From the IMG/VR virus record IMGVR_UViG_3300031772_000017: a stretch of DNA of 64,000 nucleotides, one strand, 5' to 3'. Position numbers and translations under genes: made by a program. The notes below the pieces were generated by a model. It saw only the letters and a list, made by a program, of their open reading frames with translations, made no database searches and was not told the origin of the DNA. This stretch comes from an uncultured virus (IMG/VR IMGVR_UViG_3300031772_000017). Taxonomy: Duplodnaviria; Heunggongvirae; Uroviricota; Caudoviricetes. Shown here in pieces: positions 1 to 8,935 of this stretch. Every line of letters starts with the position of its first letter. Position 1 is the stretch's first letter.

Positions 1-388
1 GGAACATAGTCTTAGCATCTGGTCTGTCGCCTCAGGGGTCAGCATGTTTCTCCCTCCCTCTATTGTGCAGTGTGTCTGTACTTATTCATCGTGGCACACA
101 TATGAAATACGCGGCTATCAGCATCCCACAGAGCAAGAGTATGAGGACAAGGATTTCCTGCCTTCTATCACGCATAATCTCATCTCCCCACTGGACACTG
201 ACTCGTTGCTTCTCTATAACGGCGAATCATGTCTGCATAGTACGCACGCATCAGGGGGTCCTTTGCCTCCTCATAGAGCGTCATAAAATAACACATGTCG
301 CTGATTCGTGTCATCCCGTGTATGTCCTCTTGGGTATATAATACGCAAACTCATTGCAGACAGGTGCCATCAGTTCAGCAGTCCTGAT

Positions 389-568
389 TCATGGTGTGAC
401 AATCCCTAGATGAATCAAATACATGCACAGCGCGACCCACAGATAGAGCAACGAAGTAACAAGGACTCCCTTCCAACCATCAATCTTATAGACGATCCAC
501 TCGATTGCGATAAGAAACGGTGCAATGAGTCCCACTGCTCCCATGAATAAGAATACAAGCGTATTCAT
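389..568 (-). CDS. small membrane protein (59 aa, two hydrophobic segments)
   Basis: Translated by hand (MNTLVFLFMGAVGLIAPF...LIHLGIVTP). The ATG overlaps the NADAR stop codon and a GGGGAG RBS lies upstream. Confidence 0.6.
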   Translation of the reverse strand: MNTLVFLFMGAVGLIAPFLIAIEWIVYKIDGWKGVLVTSLLYLWVALCMYLIHLGIVTP

Positions 569-1065
569 GTCTGACTCCCCTTTCTCAAGAATGTACGCAC
601 TTGCATCAAGACTTCACCGAGCCAGTTCGTGCCACGCCAATTTGTTCGATCATAAATCAATGGATCGTGCTCAGCAAGCCCAATACCCCAAATGACATCC
701 GTTGGACTCGCTTCCACAAGTTCACGCTCTCCTGTGCTCAGTATGTAGTCACGCAAGCGAGGATTTTGTTGGAACTTTGCCACATTCCCCCTAAAGACAT
801 GGGATCGACTGACCTTGTTCCATTCTTCAACATTAAAATTCTTCACCGTGCGTCCGATTGCTTTCTGTTCTCTTGGACTGCTGCTATTGATAATCCTGTT
901 ATAGGCGACCACATCCCCAAAGTGAATCGCTTTCATCGCCATCATATATTGTTCCGCAGTGCTGTAGTGTAGCTCGATTTGAAAGGGAGAATGTGCCCAC
1001 TGAGACAGAGGACCACCATAGAAGAATAGAGTGTTGTTGAAACCAGAATCCAATAATGTACTCAT
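565..1065 (-). CDS. NADAR (YbiA-like) family hydrolase
   Basis: Motifs LSQW, TAEQYMMAMKA, KAIGRTVKNF, KFQQN, LVEASPTDVIWGIG, GTNWLGEVLM. Confidence 0.92.
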   Translation of the reverse strand: MSTLLDSGFNNTLFFYGGPLSQWAHSPFQIELHYSTAEQYMMAMKAIHFGDVVAYNRIINSSSPREQKAIGRTVKNFNVEEWNKVSRSHVFRGNVAKFQQNPRLRDYILSTGERELVEASPTDVIWGIGLAEHDPLIYDRTNWRGTNWLGEVLMQVRTFLRKGSQT

Positions 1066-1084
1066 GGTAGATCAATCCTCCTTT

Positions 1085-1321
1085 TCAAATTCCATTAGAT
1101 TCGACAGGCGTATTTTCAGCCTGATTTTTCTTCTCCTTCCAGGTCGCACACTCAGGATAACTTGACTTCCACACCCACCGACTCAACGCTCCCTCTCCTG
1201 CGAGAGTCACAAACGAGGGGAGTAGAGTATCAGGGAATTCACAGAAACGATCTGGACTATTATCCTCACCATATCTAGGGATCACTACTCCCCAAGCGCA
1301 CGATCCACAGTTTTTCTTCAT
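1085..1321 (-). CDS. hypothetical protein (Cys-containing)
   Basis: 78-aa ORF packed between neighbours with a 4-bp start/stop overlap; CxxC near the N-terminus. Confidence 0.6.
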   Translation of the reverse strand: MKKNCGSCAWGVVIPRYGEDNSPDRFCEFPDTLLPSFVTLAGEGALSRWVWKSSYPECATWKEKKNQAENTPVESNGI

Positions 1322-2817
1322 GATCGCAACAACCTTTCCCTGATCTCAGCTAATGTATGCGGCACACCAGCATGTCCATTCTCAAATATCACTTCCAACG
1401 CTCCCCCCTCCTCTTCCTCCACGCTCACATCTTCTGTGAGTACAAAGCTTGTGACTCCATGTGCACCAGAATCCAAGGGCACGATACGAACCCGATCCAC
1501 TCTGAGCAATCCCTTTGCAGACTTCTTGAGTCCGTTGTCCGTCTTAGGATTCTTAGAAATCGTCACACGCTTACCGTTAATCACTCCACTTGTGGCTTTC
1601 ATTGCCATCCCGAATGTATCTCGCGTCACATACTGATATGTGAATGATCCAATCCCAAACACAATATTTGTGCTTGCGAATCCCTTACTGATGAGTGAAC
1701 TGGTGATCTGTCTGGCACGATCATAGGTGATCGAATCCCCATAGATTGCACCAATATGTGAGTCCAATTGCTTATATCCCTTGGAGTTGACTGTACCTCC
1801 AAATGTTTCCCACAGCAATTCAATTGTTCCCTTGGATTCTGGTGTACCAAGAATCGCGTCAGGATCGCCACAAATAATCTTGACTGGGTCTCCCGAATCA
1901 GGACGAATCACAACTTTCCCTTCACGCGACATGATAATATCCTTGAGTCGCGGTAGTGTCTCCGTGAGTACAGCAAAATAGTCCCATGTATCGCTGACAA
2001 TACTGATAATCCCCTTGGGGTACACTTCAGTAATCAAACGCTTGAATGTGTCATACTCAGAGACTTCTCCACCCATACACATCACTGAATGCTCCGTTGC
2101 AGGCACACTACCTCCGATCAATTCTGTCTCAGCATCAGCACCATAATAGATTTCTAGTGTATCGATAGCTGGAATTGTATCTGTCCCAGTGAAGCTGAGC
2201 AAATGTCCTGCTCCGCATATTCCTGAAGCTTCCAGGCTTCCCATACCACGGAAGCTGAAATCGTGTCCTTGCCATTGCACAAATTCAGGAATATCAGAAG
2301 AGTATGCTGCTTCTTTGTTGAGTAATGCACGATAGCTATGGGCAATCGTCGCACTGGTGATCGGTTGCCATACGACATTGGACATCACAGATTCAATCCA
2401 GTTCGTGAGCCAAAAGAATTCAGGAAGTGTATTGACAATCGTGAAGAATGGCACACGCATCGGGCAGCGTGATCCTTCGGGAAGTGCTTTGAGTCTTAAT
2501 GGAAGATATCCCAAATCATGTAGTGCACCGATATGATCGATGTTGACTGTATTCGGTCCGAGTGAGGTATCCAATCTCCGCTTGTATGCTGCAAGCACTT
2601 GATCTTTCGGTTGTCCAAAGAAATCCCGATTGAATTGATTGACGAGATATTCTTGCACAAAGTATTGCAGTCCGAACACCACTACTTTGTCAATCTCAGG
2701 AATCCGTGATCCTCTCGCAGTCAGATTGCTATAGACTTCAGTAGTGCCTGTGGGATATTGAGGGCGATGATCGGTCTTATAGAAGTCTGAATAATGTATA
2801 GGGCTGCTTATCATCAT
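1318..2817 (-). CDS. nicotinamide phosphoribosyltransferase-like protein (NAMPT/NadV; possibly NARP1 Namat)
   Basis: DFYKTDH, HDFSFRG, VPATEHSVM, SIVSDTWD, VIRPDSGDP, IYGDSIT, KNPKTD..KKSAKG motifs of the NAMPT family. Confidence 0.93.
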   Translation of the reverse strand: MMISSPIHYSDFYKTDHRPQYPTGTTEVYSNLTARGSRIPEIDKVVVFGLQYFVQEYLVNQFNRDFFGQPKDQVLAAYKRRLDTSLGPNTVNIDHIGALHDLGYLPLRLKALPEGSRCPMRVPFFTIVNTLPEFFWLTNWIESVMSNVVWQPITSATIAHSYRALLNKEAAYSSDIPEFVQWQGHDFSFRGMGSLEASGICGAGHLLSFTGTDTIPAIDTLEIYYGADAETELIGGSVPATEHSVMCMGGEVSEYDTFKRLITEVYPKGIISIVSDTWDYFAVLTETLPRLKDIIMSREGKVVIRPDSGDPVKIICGDPDAILGTPESKGTIELLWETFGGTVNSKGYKQLDSHIGAIYGDSITYDRARQITSSLISKGFASTNIVFGIGSFTYQYVTRDTFGMAMKATSGVINGKRVTISKNPKTDNGLKKSAKGLLRVDRVRIVPLDSGAHGVTSFVLTEDVSVEEEEGGALEVIFENGHAGVPHTLAEIRERLLRS

Positions 2818-2838
2818 GTATCTCCTGGTTAGTGTGCT

Positions 2839-3222
2839 TTATTGTTCTGTCCACATCAATCGGGTATGTGCAATATATGAACCATCAGACCACCCTTGTC
2901 CATCACTCAGTCCTATCATGTGTGTTGTGCTTGTATCCGCACGGAATCCAGACCCAAGGAGGTCAAGGAGTGCATTGCCTAATGATCCGGTTGGGAAGAG
3001 GTCAATCCAAGATTCACCACGCTTCGCAGCTTCAATAATGCGCGGTTTAATAATCTGTAGTTGCTTTGCCGCTTCTATCTCCACAAATTTCTTATTCTTC
3101 TTGTCTTGTACAGCTTCTTCGCTTTCTTTAGTACGTCGTTTCTTCTTCTTCGCTGTGTGTGCCATTGCTGACACCTCATCATGGAAAGTCCGTTCTGATA
3201 GATGAATAGTGGTCGTTTTCAT
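2839..3222 (-). CDS. hypothetical protein (basic)
   Basis: 127-aa ORF between the PRS-like and NAMPT-like genes, start overlapping the upstream stop. Confidence 0.6.
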   Translation of the reverse strand: MKTTTIHLSERTFHDEVSAMAHTAKKKKRRTKESEEAVQDKKNKKFVEIEAAKQLQIIKPRIIEAAKRGESWIDLFPTGSLGNALLDLLGSGFRADTSTTHMIGLSDGQGWSDGSYIAHTRLMWTEQ

Positions 3223-4016
3223 ATGAATCGTTCCGAGTGATCGTTAATTGAATGGATTTCATCAATAATGCCTTTGAACACACCTTTGCCTTTTGTGAAG
3301 AATCCATGCGTCACGTATAAGTGGATTCTCTTGGCTCCCTTTGCACGTAACGCTTTAGCAAGTTCAATGAATGTCCGTCCACCATCACAAATGTCATCAG
3401 CAATAACGTATGTGTAGTCGTCAAATTTCTCAAATCCATTCAAATCATCCATATGCACAACGGTCGCCAGGATTTCTCCAGTTTTTGTATTGCGTAGCTT
3501 GCTAGACTCAATAAACCCCTCAGGTTCATTGTTCATCATCGCAAGTGTTTGTGCAAGCTTATGTGACTTTTTCAATGCTCCCGCATCAGGAGCGACGAGG
3601 AAGTATGGACCCTCAATATCTGCGGCAATCAATGGAGCAATCAAATCCCATTGAGCATCAACAACACAGTTATTCAGCAATGCGGGTGTCACTTCGCTAT
3701 GTGGGTCTTGAATATGGACACGCTGAAAATTGAGTGCATTTATCAGTGTGCAAAACACATGCAGACTCAATGATTCTCCATCAGCATTCACTCTATCCTG
3801 TCGTGAGAATGGGACATAGTTCATTCTCAATGATCCCAATTCAAATCCCGCACGTTTTGTAGCATCACAAAATAGCAAAAGCTCAATGATATCTTCATTT
3901 TTGGTAAATGTGAACGTCACATTCACGCGCTTAAAATCGTATGTTTGTTCCACATTGACTTGCATTTCCCCCACAGGAAATGTGAATGTTGTATGCTTGA
4001 GATTGGATTCGATCAT
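3219..4016 (-). CDS. ribose-phosphate pyrophosphokinase-like protein (PRS; possibly NARP1 Adps)
   Basis: FPVGE, YVPFSRQDR, DPHS, APDAGA, IADDICDGGRTF, LYVTHGFF motifs of the PRPP synthetase fold. Confidence 0.9.
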   Translation of the reverse strand: MIESNLKHTTFTFPVGEMQVNVEQTYDFKRVNVTFTFTKNEDIIELLLFCDATKRAGFELGSLRMNYVPFSRQDRVNADGESLSLHVFCTLINALNFQRVHIQDPHSEVTPALLNNCVVDAQWDLIAPLIAADIEGPYFLVAPDAGALKKSHKLAQTLAMMNNEPEGFIESSKLRNTKTGEILATVVHMDDLNGFEKFDDYTYVIADDICDGGRTFIELAKALRAKGAKRIHLYVTHGFFTKGKGVFKGIIDEIHSINDHSERFI

Positions 4017-4210
4017 GCTGTCTGTCCTTCTCGTTCTCTTGCTGCTTGGAGCATAATAGAGAGTTTCACTTGTAAAGCACGCACCTCTTTGTCCTTTGAA
4101 TATCCAAAGCCGGGGTGCAGGACGTTCAGCAATTTCAAAAGGTCATTCGCAGTCAACATAATATCCTCCAATGATGGACTGAGTATCGCACACTCATTGC
4201 TATTTGTCAA
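4013..4210 (-). CDS. hypothetical protein
   Basis: 65-aa ORF tightly packed in the minus-strand run. Confidence 0.5.
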   Translation of the reverse strand: MTNSNECAILSPSLEDIMLTANDLLKLLNVLHPGFGYSKDKEVRALQVKLSIMLQAAREREGQTA

Positions 4211-4403
4211 AGACTATTTTAAGGCATCCCCGCAATCGTTTCGCATCTTGCAATCCTGCTGCTAAGACAACGAACACAAATACCCACACAACTCCTAGAA
4301 AAATAAAGGGAATTGCGAGTGCTCGACGGATGATGTTATACCAAGGATAGTATCCATTGTCATGTCCGTACTTAGTCTTTCCATTAGGCCATTTCCAATT
4401 CAT
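4200..4403 (-). CDS. small membrane protein
   Basis: Likely start MNWKWPNG, just after the upstream stop; one TM segment (LAIPFIFLGVVWVFVFVVLAA). Confidence 0.55.
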   Translation of the reverse strand: MNWKWPNGKTKYGHDNGYYPWYNIIRRALAIPFIFLGVVWVFVFVVLAAGLQDAKRLRGCLKIVFDK

Positions 4404-4404
4404 A

Positions 4405-4866
4405 TCAGCATCCCGCAGGTGGATAACCTGAACCAAAGATTGTCGTATAGCCGAATCGTTGCTGCGTATCCTCCACAGAATTGTGCTCAAATCCTCCATG
4501 AGTACGCAACTGCAATGCAATCCATTGATGATACAATTTACATACTGAGGTAAGCTCTTTGGATTCTGCTAATTTGAAATCTGTGCTGTGCAATTCAGGA
4601 TCATGAATTAGTGGTTCTTCTCGTAGCACAGAAGTATATGGAATAGCAGGTTTCGCAGCATAATCTTTGTTATGTGCAATGACAGCAAGTTCGGGAAGAA
4701 TCAAGTCTGTGCATCCCAATTTCGTTTTGTTGGTATACACAATAGAACCATCCTTCTGCTGACATTCTCTGATCGTATCATCAGCGAACGCATACGTGAA
4801 TCCCACGATAAGACAGAGCATCGTTGCTGCGACTAACAGAAGCTTTGATATGCTATTCATGTTCAC
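4405..4866 (-). CDS. secreted protein, DUF4124-like N-terminal domain
   Basis: Signal peptide ending AFA followed by IRECQQKDGSIVYTNK. Confidence 0.6.
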   Translation of the reverse strand: MNMNSISKLLLVAATMLCLIVGFTYAFADDTIRECQQKDGSIVYTNKTKLGCTDLILPELAVIAHNKDYAAKPAIPYTSVLREEPLIHDPELHSTDFKLAESKELTSVCKLYHQWIALQLRTHGGFEHNSVEDTQQRFGYTTIFGSGYPPAGC

Positions 4867-4893
4867 ACTCCTCTGTTTTAATGTTAAAGCGTG

Positions 4894-5130
4894 TTACTGC
4901 GACTCTTGCATTGTCTCCGAAGATTGTCTCAAGCACAGAGAGGATGGATTCAATTCAAAGTATTCTTTGAAGAACGCTTTGACTGCGGTTTTCCCTTCCG
5001 TTTTGATCTTCTTGTCCAATTCCTTCTCTGCAATGTGGAAGGAATCAAAATGCTTCCCCATGATCTTCTTCTTTGCTTTCGGTGCTTTGCTGCTCATATA
5101 TTCCTCCAATGATAAGACTATAAGTGCCAT
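4894..5130 (-). CDS. hypothetical protein
   Basis: 78-aa Lys-rich ORF in the gene run. Confidence 0.5.
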   Translation of the reverse strand: MALIVLSLEEYMSSKAPKAKKKIMGKHFDSFHIAEKELDKKIKTEGKTAVKAFFKEYFELNPSSLCLRQSSETMQESQ

Positions 5131-5133
5131 GAA

Positions 5134-5412
5134 TTACTCTTCAAACTGCACTGCAACGACTTCATAATTCTCCGTGATCGGCACGCATCCATACTCATCT
5201 CCTTCTTCACCATCTTGTGCCTCGCGTAAATAGTAGTCAGATTGTTTTCCCTCAAGCAATGGAGCATTCAGCTTATCACACTGCTCTTGCGCCTTCGCTC
5301 TTGTGCTGTATGCGTTGACAGGAGTGCCACCCTCCGATTCAGGACGATAATACACCTCATCATTATACTCCCATCCAATTTTGCTGACGATATAGATAGT
5401 TTGTTTTGCCAT
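5134..5412 (-). CDS. hypothetical protein
   Basis: 92-aa ORF tightly packed with neighbours. Confidence 0.65.
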   Translation of the reverse strand: MAKQTIYIVSKIGWEYNDEVYYRPESEGGTPVNAYSTRAKAQEQCDKLNAPLLEGKQSDYYLREAQDGEEGDEYGCVPITENYEVVAVQFEE

Positions 5413-5413
5413 G

Positions 5414-5764
5414 TTAATCCACCATCCTTATTGTTCGCTTAGTGATCTTGGGTCCACCGAGCCATGAGTACATCGGCATTCCATCCAAATAGTCTGCGAC
5501 TGTTGGAATCTTGCCCATATCATCTATCACATGCTGCTCACCAACATCCCGAACTTGTACGATCTTCCCATCAGAATTAGTAATGTGCATACCAAATATA
5601 CGTTCAGCCAAATAGATACCAAATGAGGAATGAAGGATTGCTCTGTGCCGCATATCAGGGACATGGGATTTGGAACTATCGAAGAAATTGTGAATCTCAT
5701 TATAGTCCTCAACCTTTCCTCCGAATTTACGGACACTGACTTGAGAATGCAAAAATGGCTTCAT
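5414..5764 (-). CDS. conserved phage protein (DUF6915-like, His-rich)
   Basis: HSQVSVRKFGG..DY.EIHNFFDSSK..D.RHRAILHSSFGI..EQHVIDD pattern. Confidence 0.7.
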   Translation of the reverse strand: MKPFLHSQVSVRKFGGKVEDYNEIHNFFDSSKSHVPDMRHRAILHSSFGIYLAERIFGMHITNSDGKIVQVRDVGEQHVIDDMGKIPTVADYLDGMPMYSWLGGPKITKRTIRMVD

Positions 5765-5943
5765 GATTTCTCCTTGCCCCGTTCAGTTTGCATGTATTTT
5801 GTTACGGCAGCACGTCCCTTGATACTTGTATTATACCGATTCAATATTTCTTCGCGTGACTTGTTGGGTCGTTGTCTCTTTCCTACCCTCCATTCACTCC
5901 CCGTTGGCATCAATTGCTTTGCCCTAATTTCTTTCCGAGTCAT
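5761..5943 (-). CDS. hypothetical basic protein
   Basis: 60-aa ORF with 4-bp overlaps at both ends. Confidence 0.5.
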   Translation of the reverse strand: MTRKEIRAKQLMPTGSEWRVGKRQRPNKSREEILNRYNTSIKGRAAVTKYMQTERGKEKS

Positions 5944-6122
5944 TTTGCTTTCTTCGCATCCTCAATTTGTTTCATGAGTCTCGCACGTTCGCGCTTCGAT
6001 TCTCCCGGCATATTTTCCAGCTTCATGAGTTTATTTACGAGAGTGAGACTGTCATACGCCTTCTGTCTGTCGATGGCTTGTTCACGCTTCTGTCTGACTG
6101 TCGCTTTCACTTTAGTTGACAT
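5940..6122 (-). CDS. hypothetical basic protein
   Basis: Likely start MSTKVKAT, preceded by an AGGGGG RBS. Confidence 0.55.
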   Translation of the reverse strand: MSTKVKATVRQKREQAIDRQKAYDSLTLVNKLMKLENMPGESKRERARLMKQIEDAKKAK

Positions 6123-6235
6123 AATTACCCCCTGTAGATTATTTTGAGCACTCCATAAATGACTGACGCCCCTAAGCATGTGCCGAGGATATCACAATCA
6201 CACACTCAAGGGCAATCAGTGGAATCATTTATATC

Positions 6236-6958
6236 CTAGTTGTCATGTCCATCATGACCGTTGTTGCCATTATGTCCATCATGACCGTTGTTGCCATTAT
6301 GTCCATCATGACCGTTGTTGCCATTATGTCCACCATTTCCGACTCCGCCCTGTCCACCATTTCCGACTCCGCCCTGTCCACCATTTCCGACTCCGCCCTG
6401 TCCACCTGTTGCTCTTGCGTCAGCACTACCACCCTGAGCAATCTGCCCCTGCTTTTGCCCCTGAACTTGTCCCTGACCCTGAAGTTGTCCCTGTCCTTGT
6501 CTAGCAGAATTGCTGTTGCTGTTCCCATTGTTCACGTTGTTGGTTTCTGTTGAACCTGAACGACCGATACCTTGACCAATCTCATGTCCCGCATAAGCAA
6601 TAGCCGCCGCTGTCATACCAGTTGAAATAACTGGACCGACAATTCCGGCAACATATCCCGTAGTAGTTGTTTTTTGAGCAACCTGTGTGAGGGGAACATT
6701 GGGTTCGCAATTGCGATACTCAACAGAGGTCCAGAACTTCAAAACGGGGGAAACAACCTTATCACACACTTCCAACCACGAATAGCGTTCGGTGGGAGAG
6801 AGTGAACCAGTGTCAACTCCGGCCCGCAGACCCAAAGTCTGATCTGAGGAATAACCGCGAGGGGAATCCTCTATTGGCAGGAAACCTGTCGTACTGCATC
6901 CGAGGGATACAAGTAACATGAGGACTGAGAGGACCGAGACTGTCAACTTCCTAAACAT
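6236..6958 (-). CDS. putative lipoprotein with Gly/Gln/Asn/His-rich repetitive C-terminus
   Basis: GGAGG RBS; signal peptide with lipobox SLGC; tail of QGQG, (GGQGGVGN)x3 and (GHNGNNGHD)x3. Confidence 0.75.
   Translation of the reverse strand: MFRKLTVSVLSVLMLLVSLGCSTTGFLPIEDSPRGYSSDQTLGLRAGVDTGSLSPTERYSWLEVCDKVVSPVLKFWTSVEYRNCEPNVPLTQVAQKTTTTGYVAGIVGPVISTGMTAAAIAYAGHEIGQGIGRSGSTETNNVNNGNSNSNSARQGQGQLQGQGQVQGQKQGQIAQGGSADARATGGQGGVGNGGQGGVGNGGQGGVGNGGHNGNNGHDGHNGNNGHDGHNGNNGHDGHDN
6246..6398. repeat. two adjacent perfect tandem repeats: 27 bp x3 and 24 bp x3
   Basis: tgtccatcatgaccgttgttgccatta at 6246, 6273 and 6300; tgtccaccatttccgactccgccc at 6327, 6351 and 6375. Confidence 0.95.
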
Positions 6959-7055
6959 AATAAAACCTCCATGATGTTAAAAGTGAGAACACATTGTTCC
7001 GCACTCTAACACACTTCTTCGGTTAAAGCTATCCCTACTTTGGAGTTAAGGAACT

Positions 7056-7391
7056 TTACTGTTTGATTTGAAACCCACCTGATCCATACACACTAATAGA
7101 TTTTACCTGTGTATAGTGAAAACTCCTCCAACCCCCCGCGTCAGTATCAAACACAACAAGGAGGTCGGAAGCTGGATGGTGAACAGCTTTCGAATCGACA
7201 TCGGATTCAGCAAGCGTCTTAACTTCCCTCGTTGGTAAGTGTTCTTTCGGGATCAACGTGCTGCATTGCGTACAGTTCATGACACGCTCTGTACCATCCA
7301 ACTTGGTAAATTTCACCCCCACCACTCCATCATTGAGGTAATCACTGAGCACACTCATACCAGCCGGAATCTTATCAGCATCAATAATCAT
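7056..7391 (-). CDS. SH3/Sm-like beta-barrel protein (WYL_2-like) common in T4-like phages
   Basis: VKFTKLDGTERVMNCT...VVFDTDAGGWRSF pattern. Confidence 0.75.
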   Translation of the reverse strand: MIIDADKIPAGMSVLSDYLNDGVVGVKFTKLDGTERVMNCTQCSTLIPKEHLPTREVKTLAESDVDSKAVHHPASDLLVVFDTDAGGWRSFHYTQVKSISVYGSGGFQIKQ

Positions 7392-7825
7392 TCTTCATTC
7401 TCCTTTATTAAGCCCTTATGCCATTGTTCCACTCCTTCAGCATCCCTAAACATGAATCCTGTTCGTTTTGCGTGATATTGCATAATCTCTAACAAAGCTC
7501 GCTCAACCAGATGGAGGGAATGTGTTGTCTCCCTGAACATCAATCCTGTGAATCCCGATTTGCAAAGATTCTCAGCATATGCGAATGCGTCTGTGAAATT
7601 GGATGTAAAGGGAAGTTCAATATGTGTGCGATTCTTTCGGATTGAGCACAAGATAACATGGAATGCTTTTCGATCTGCTGGAATATCTGGGTTAGTAGGC
7701 AAATCTCCATATTCCTGAGCCATTTCATCAAAAAAGAAATACTTGCACAGTCCTTCAATGTCTCTATAAAACCCAAACCCGTCCCAGATATTCGGAATTA
7801 TAGACTTCCCACTCATGAATGTCAT
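7388..7825 (-). CDS. hypothetical protein
   Basis: 145-aa ORF with 4-bp overlaps. Confidence 0.6.
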   Translation of the reverse strand: MTFMSGKSIIPNIWDGFGFYRDIEGLCKYFFFDEMAQEYGDLPTNPDIPADRKAFHVILCSIRKNRTHIELPFTSNFTDAFAYAENLCKSGFTGLMFRETTHSLHLVERALLEIMQYHAKRTGFMFRDAEGVEQWHKGLIKENEE

Positions 7826-8022
7826 CGTCTTATTCTTCCTATTAGTGTCTTAATAGGTGACAGAACCCACTCACCAATCAAGAAGGTCACAGTGACTACT
7901 GCGAGAACGAAAACCGAAAAGACGATGCACGAAAGGGTAATGGCGAGCGTCAGAATAATAGGCACAGACAACTCAAATGCGATAATCGCTAGAATAAACG
8001 CAGGTATCATCCACAATTCCAT
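7822..8022 (-). CDS. small membrane protein
   Basis: Start MELWMIP downstream of the promoter at 8042-8070; largely hydrophobic. Confidence 0.55.
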   Translation of the reverse strand: MELWMIPAFILAIIAFELSVPIILTLAITLSCIVFSVFVLAVVTVTFLIGEWVLSPIKTLIGRIRR

Positions 8023-8041
8023 AGATTCCCCATTCCCTGAG

Positions 8042-8070
8042 ATTCTAGCACATTGAGGGAAAGATGTCAA
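8042..8070 (-). promoter_or_regulatory. sigma70-like early promoter
   Basis: TTGACA-17 nt-TAGAAT with an extended -10 TG. Confidence 0.8.
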
Positions 8071-8096
8071 CTATATACTTAGAAAGGAGTAGAATT

Positions 8097-8627
8097 ATGA
8101 ACTGGCAATACAAAGGAACAGACTTCCTCGATTCCACTGGATACTTCGGTTTCGTCTACCGAATAACATGCAGCCTCACTGGACGCATGTATATAGGGAA
8201 AAAACTCTTCACTAAAGCGAAAATCCAACAGAAAACAAAAACAAAGCGTAAGAAGAAACTCCGTGTTGCGAATGATTGGCAATCCTACTTTGGGTCCAGT
8301 GAAGAATTGCTGTTCGATGTCAAGACATTCGGAGAAGATGAATTCCATCGTGAAATCCTGCATCTCACTACGAAACGAGGAGAGACCAACTATTTGGAAA
8401 CACTGGAAATTCTGACATCAGGAGCATTATTATCCGAAAAGTATTACAATAAATGGGTTTCTTTGAAATGTCATAAGTCTACTCTTGCTCACCTCTCATC
8501 AGTATCCCAATTATCATCCCGATCTGCTCCCTTGATCCCAGTTGCATCATCGTACTCTGACAAGGAATCATCCAATTCTTCTCCACAAAAGGGGCAAAAC
8601 GTAGGAGTCGAATCCAGTTCATCGTAA
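8097..8627 (+). CDS. GIY-YIG-like endonuclease of T4-like phages
   Basis: AGGAG RBS; GFVYRIT..TGRMYIGKK..W.SYFGSS..F.REILHL..YYN pattern; the only clear plus-strand gene in the window. Confidence 0.8.
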   Translation: MNWQYKGTDFLDSTGYFGFVYRITCSLTGRMYIGKKLFTKAKIQQKTKTKRKKKLRVANDWQSYFGSSEELLFDVKTFGEDEFHREILHLTTKRGETNYLETLEILTSGALLSEKYYNKWVSLKCHKSTLAHLSSVSQLSSRSAPLIPVASSYSDKESSNSSPQKGQNVGVESSSS

Positions 8628-8677
8628 ATGAGTGTAATCTTTCGATTACACGACTGGCATTGTTGTGAAAATTTCAT
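8489..8677 (-). CDS. zinc-ribbon protein with acidic tail
   Basis: CQSC...FCPFCGEEL motif; AAGG RBS. Confidence 0.7.
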   Translation of the reverse strand: MKFSQQCQSCNRKITLIYDELDSTPTFCPFCGEELDDSLSEYDDATGIKGADRDDNWDTDER

Positions 8678-8689
8678 ATTAAATACCTT

Positions 8690-8935
8690 TCATTTAACCA
8701 GTTTAGCAAGTTCAATGAGTCCCACCACCGCATCATGGATTGCCTTGTTTAATTCGAGGTTATTCTTGAGAGCGATGATCTTCTTGAGTACTTCAACATC
8801 GGCCATCAAATCCGCATATTCAGACTCAGAAATCGTCTTATCCTTGAGTCCTTTTGCAACTCCCTCAATCAATAGACTTATAGAAACTACATGCGGGTCT
8901 GTATTATATAAAGACAAATCAAAAAAAGGATTCAT
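8690..8935 (-). CDS. hypothetical protein
   Basis: 81-aa helical ORF coupled to the upstream lipoprotein gene. Confidence 0.6.
   Translation of the reverse strand: MNPFFDLSLYNTDPHVVSISLLIEGVAKGLKDKTISESEYADLMADVEVLKKIIALKNNLELNKAIHDAVVGLIELAKLVK

Noticed and set aside
6229..6553. Alternative repeat-rich ORFs (MVDRAESE, MSIMTVVAI, HHDRCCHY) over the tandem repeats
   Set aside because: They are other frames of the same DNA repeats; only the lipoprotein frame has an RBS and a signal peptide.
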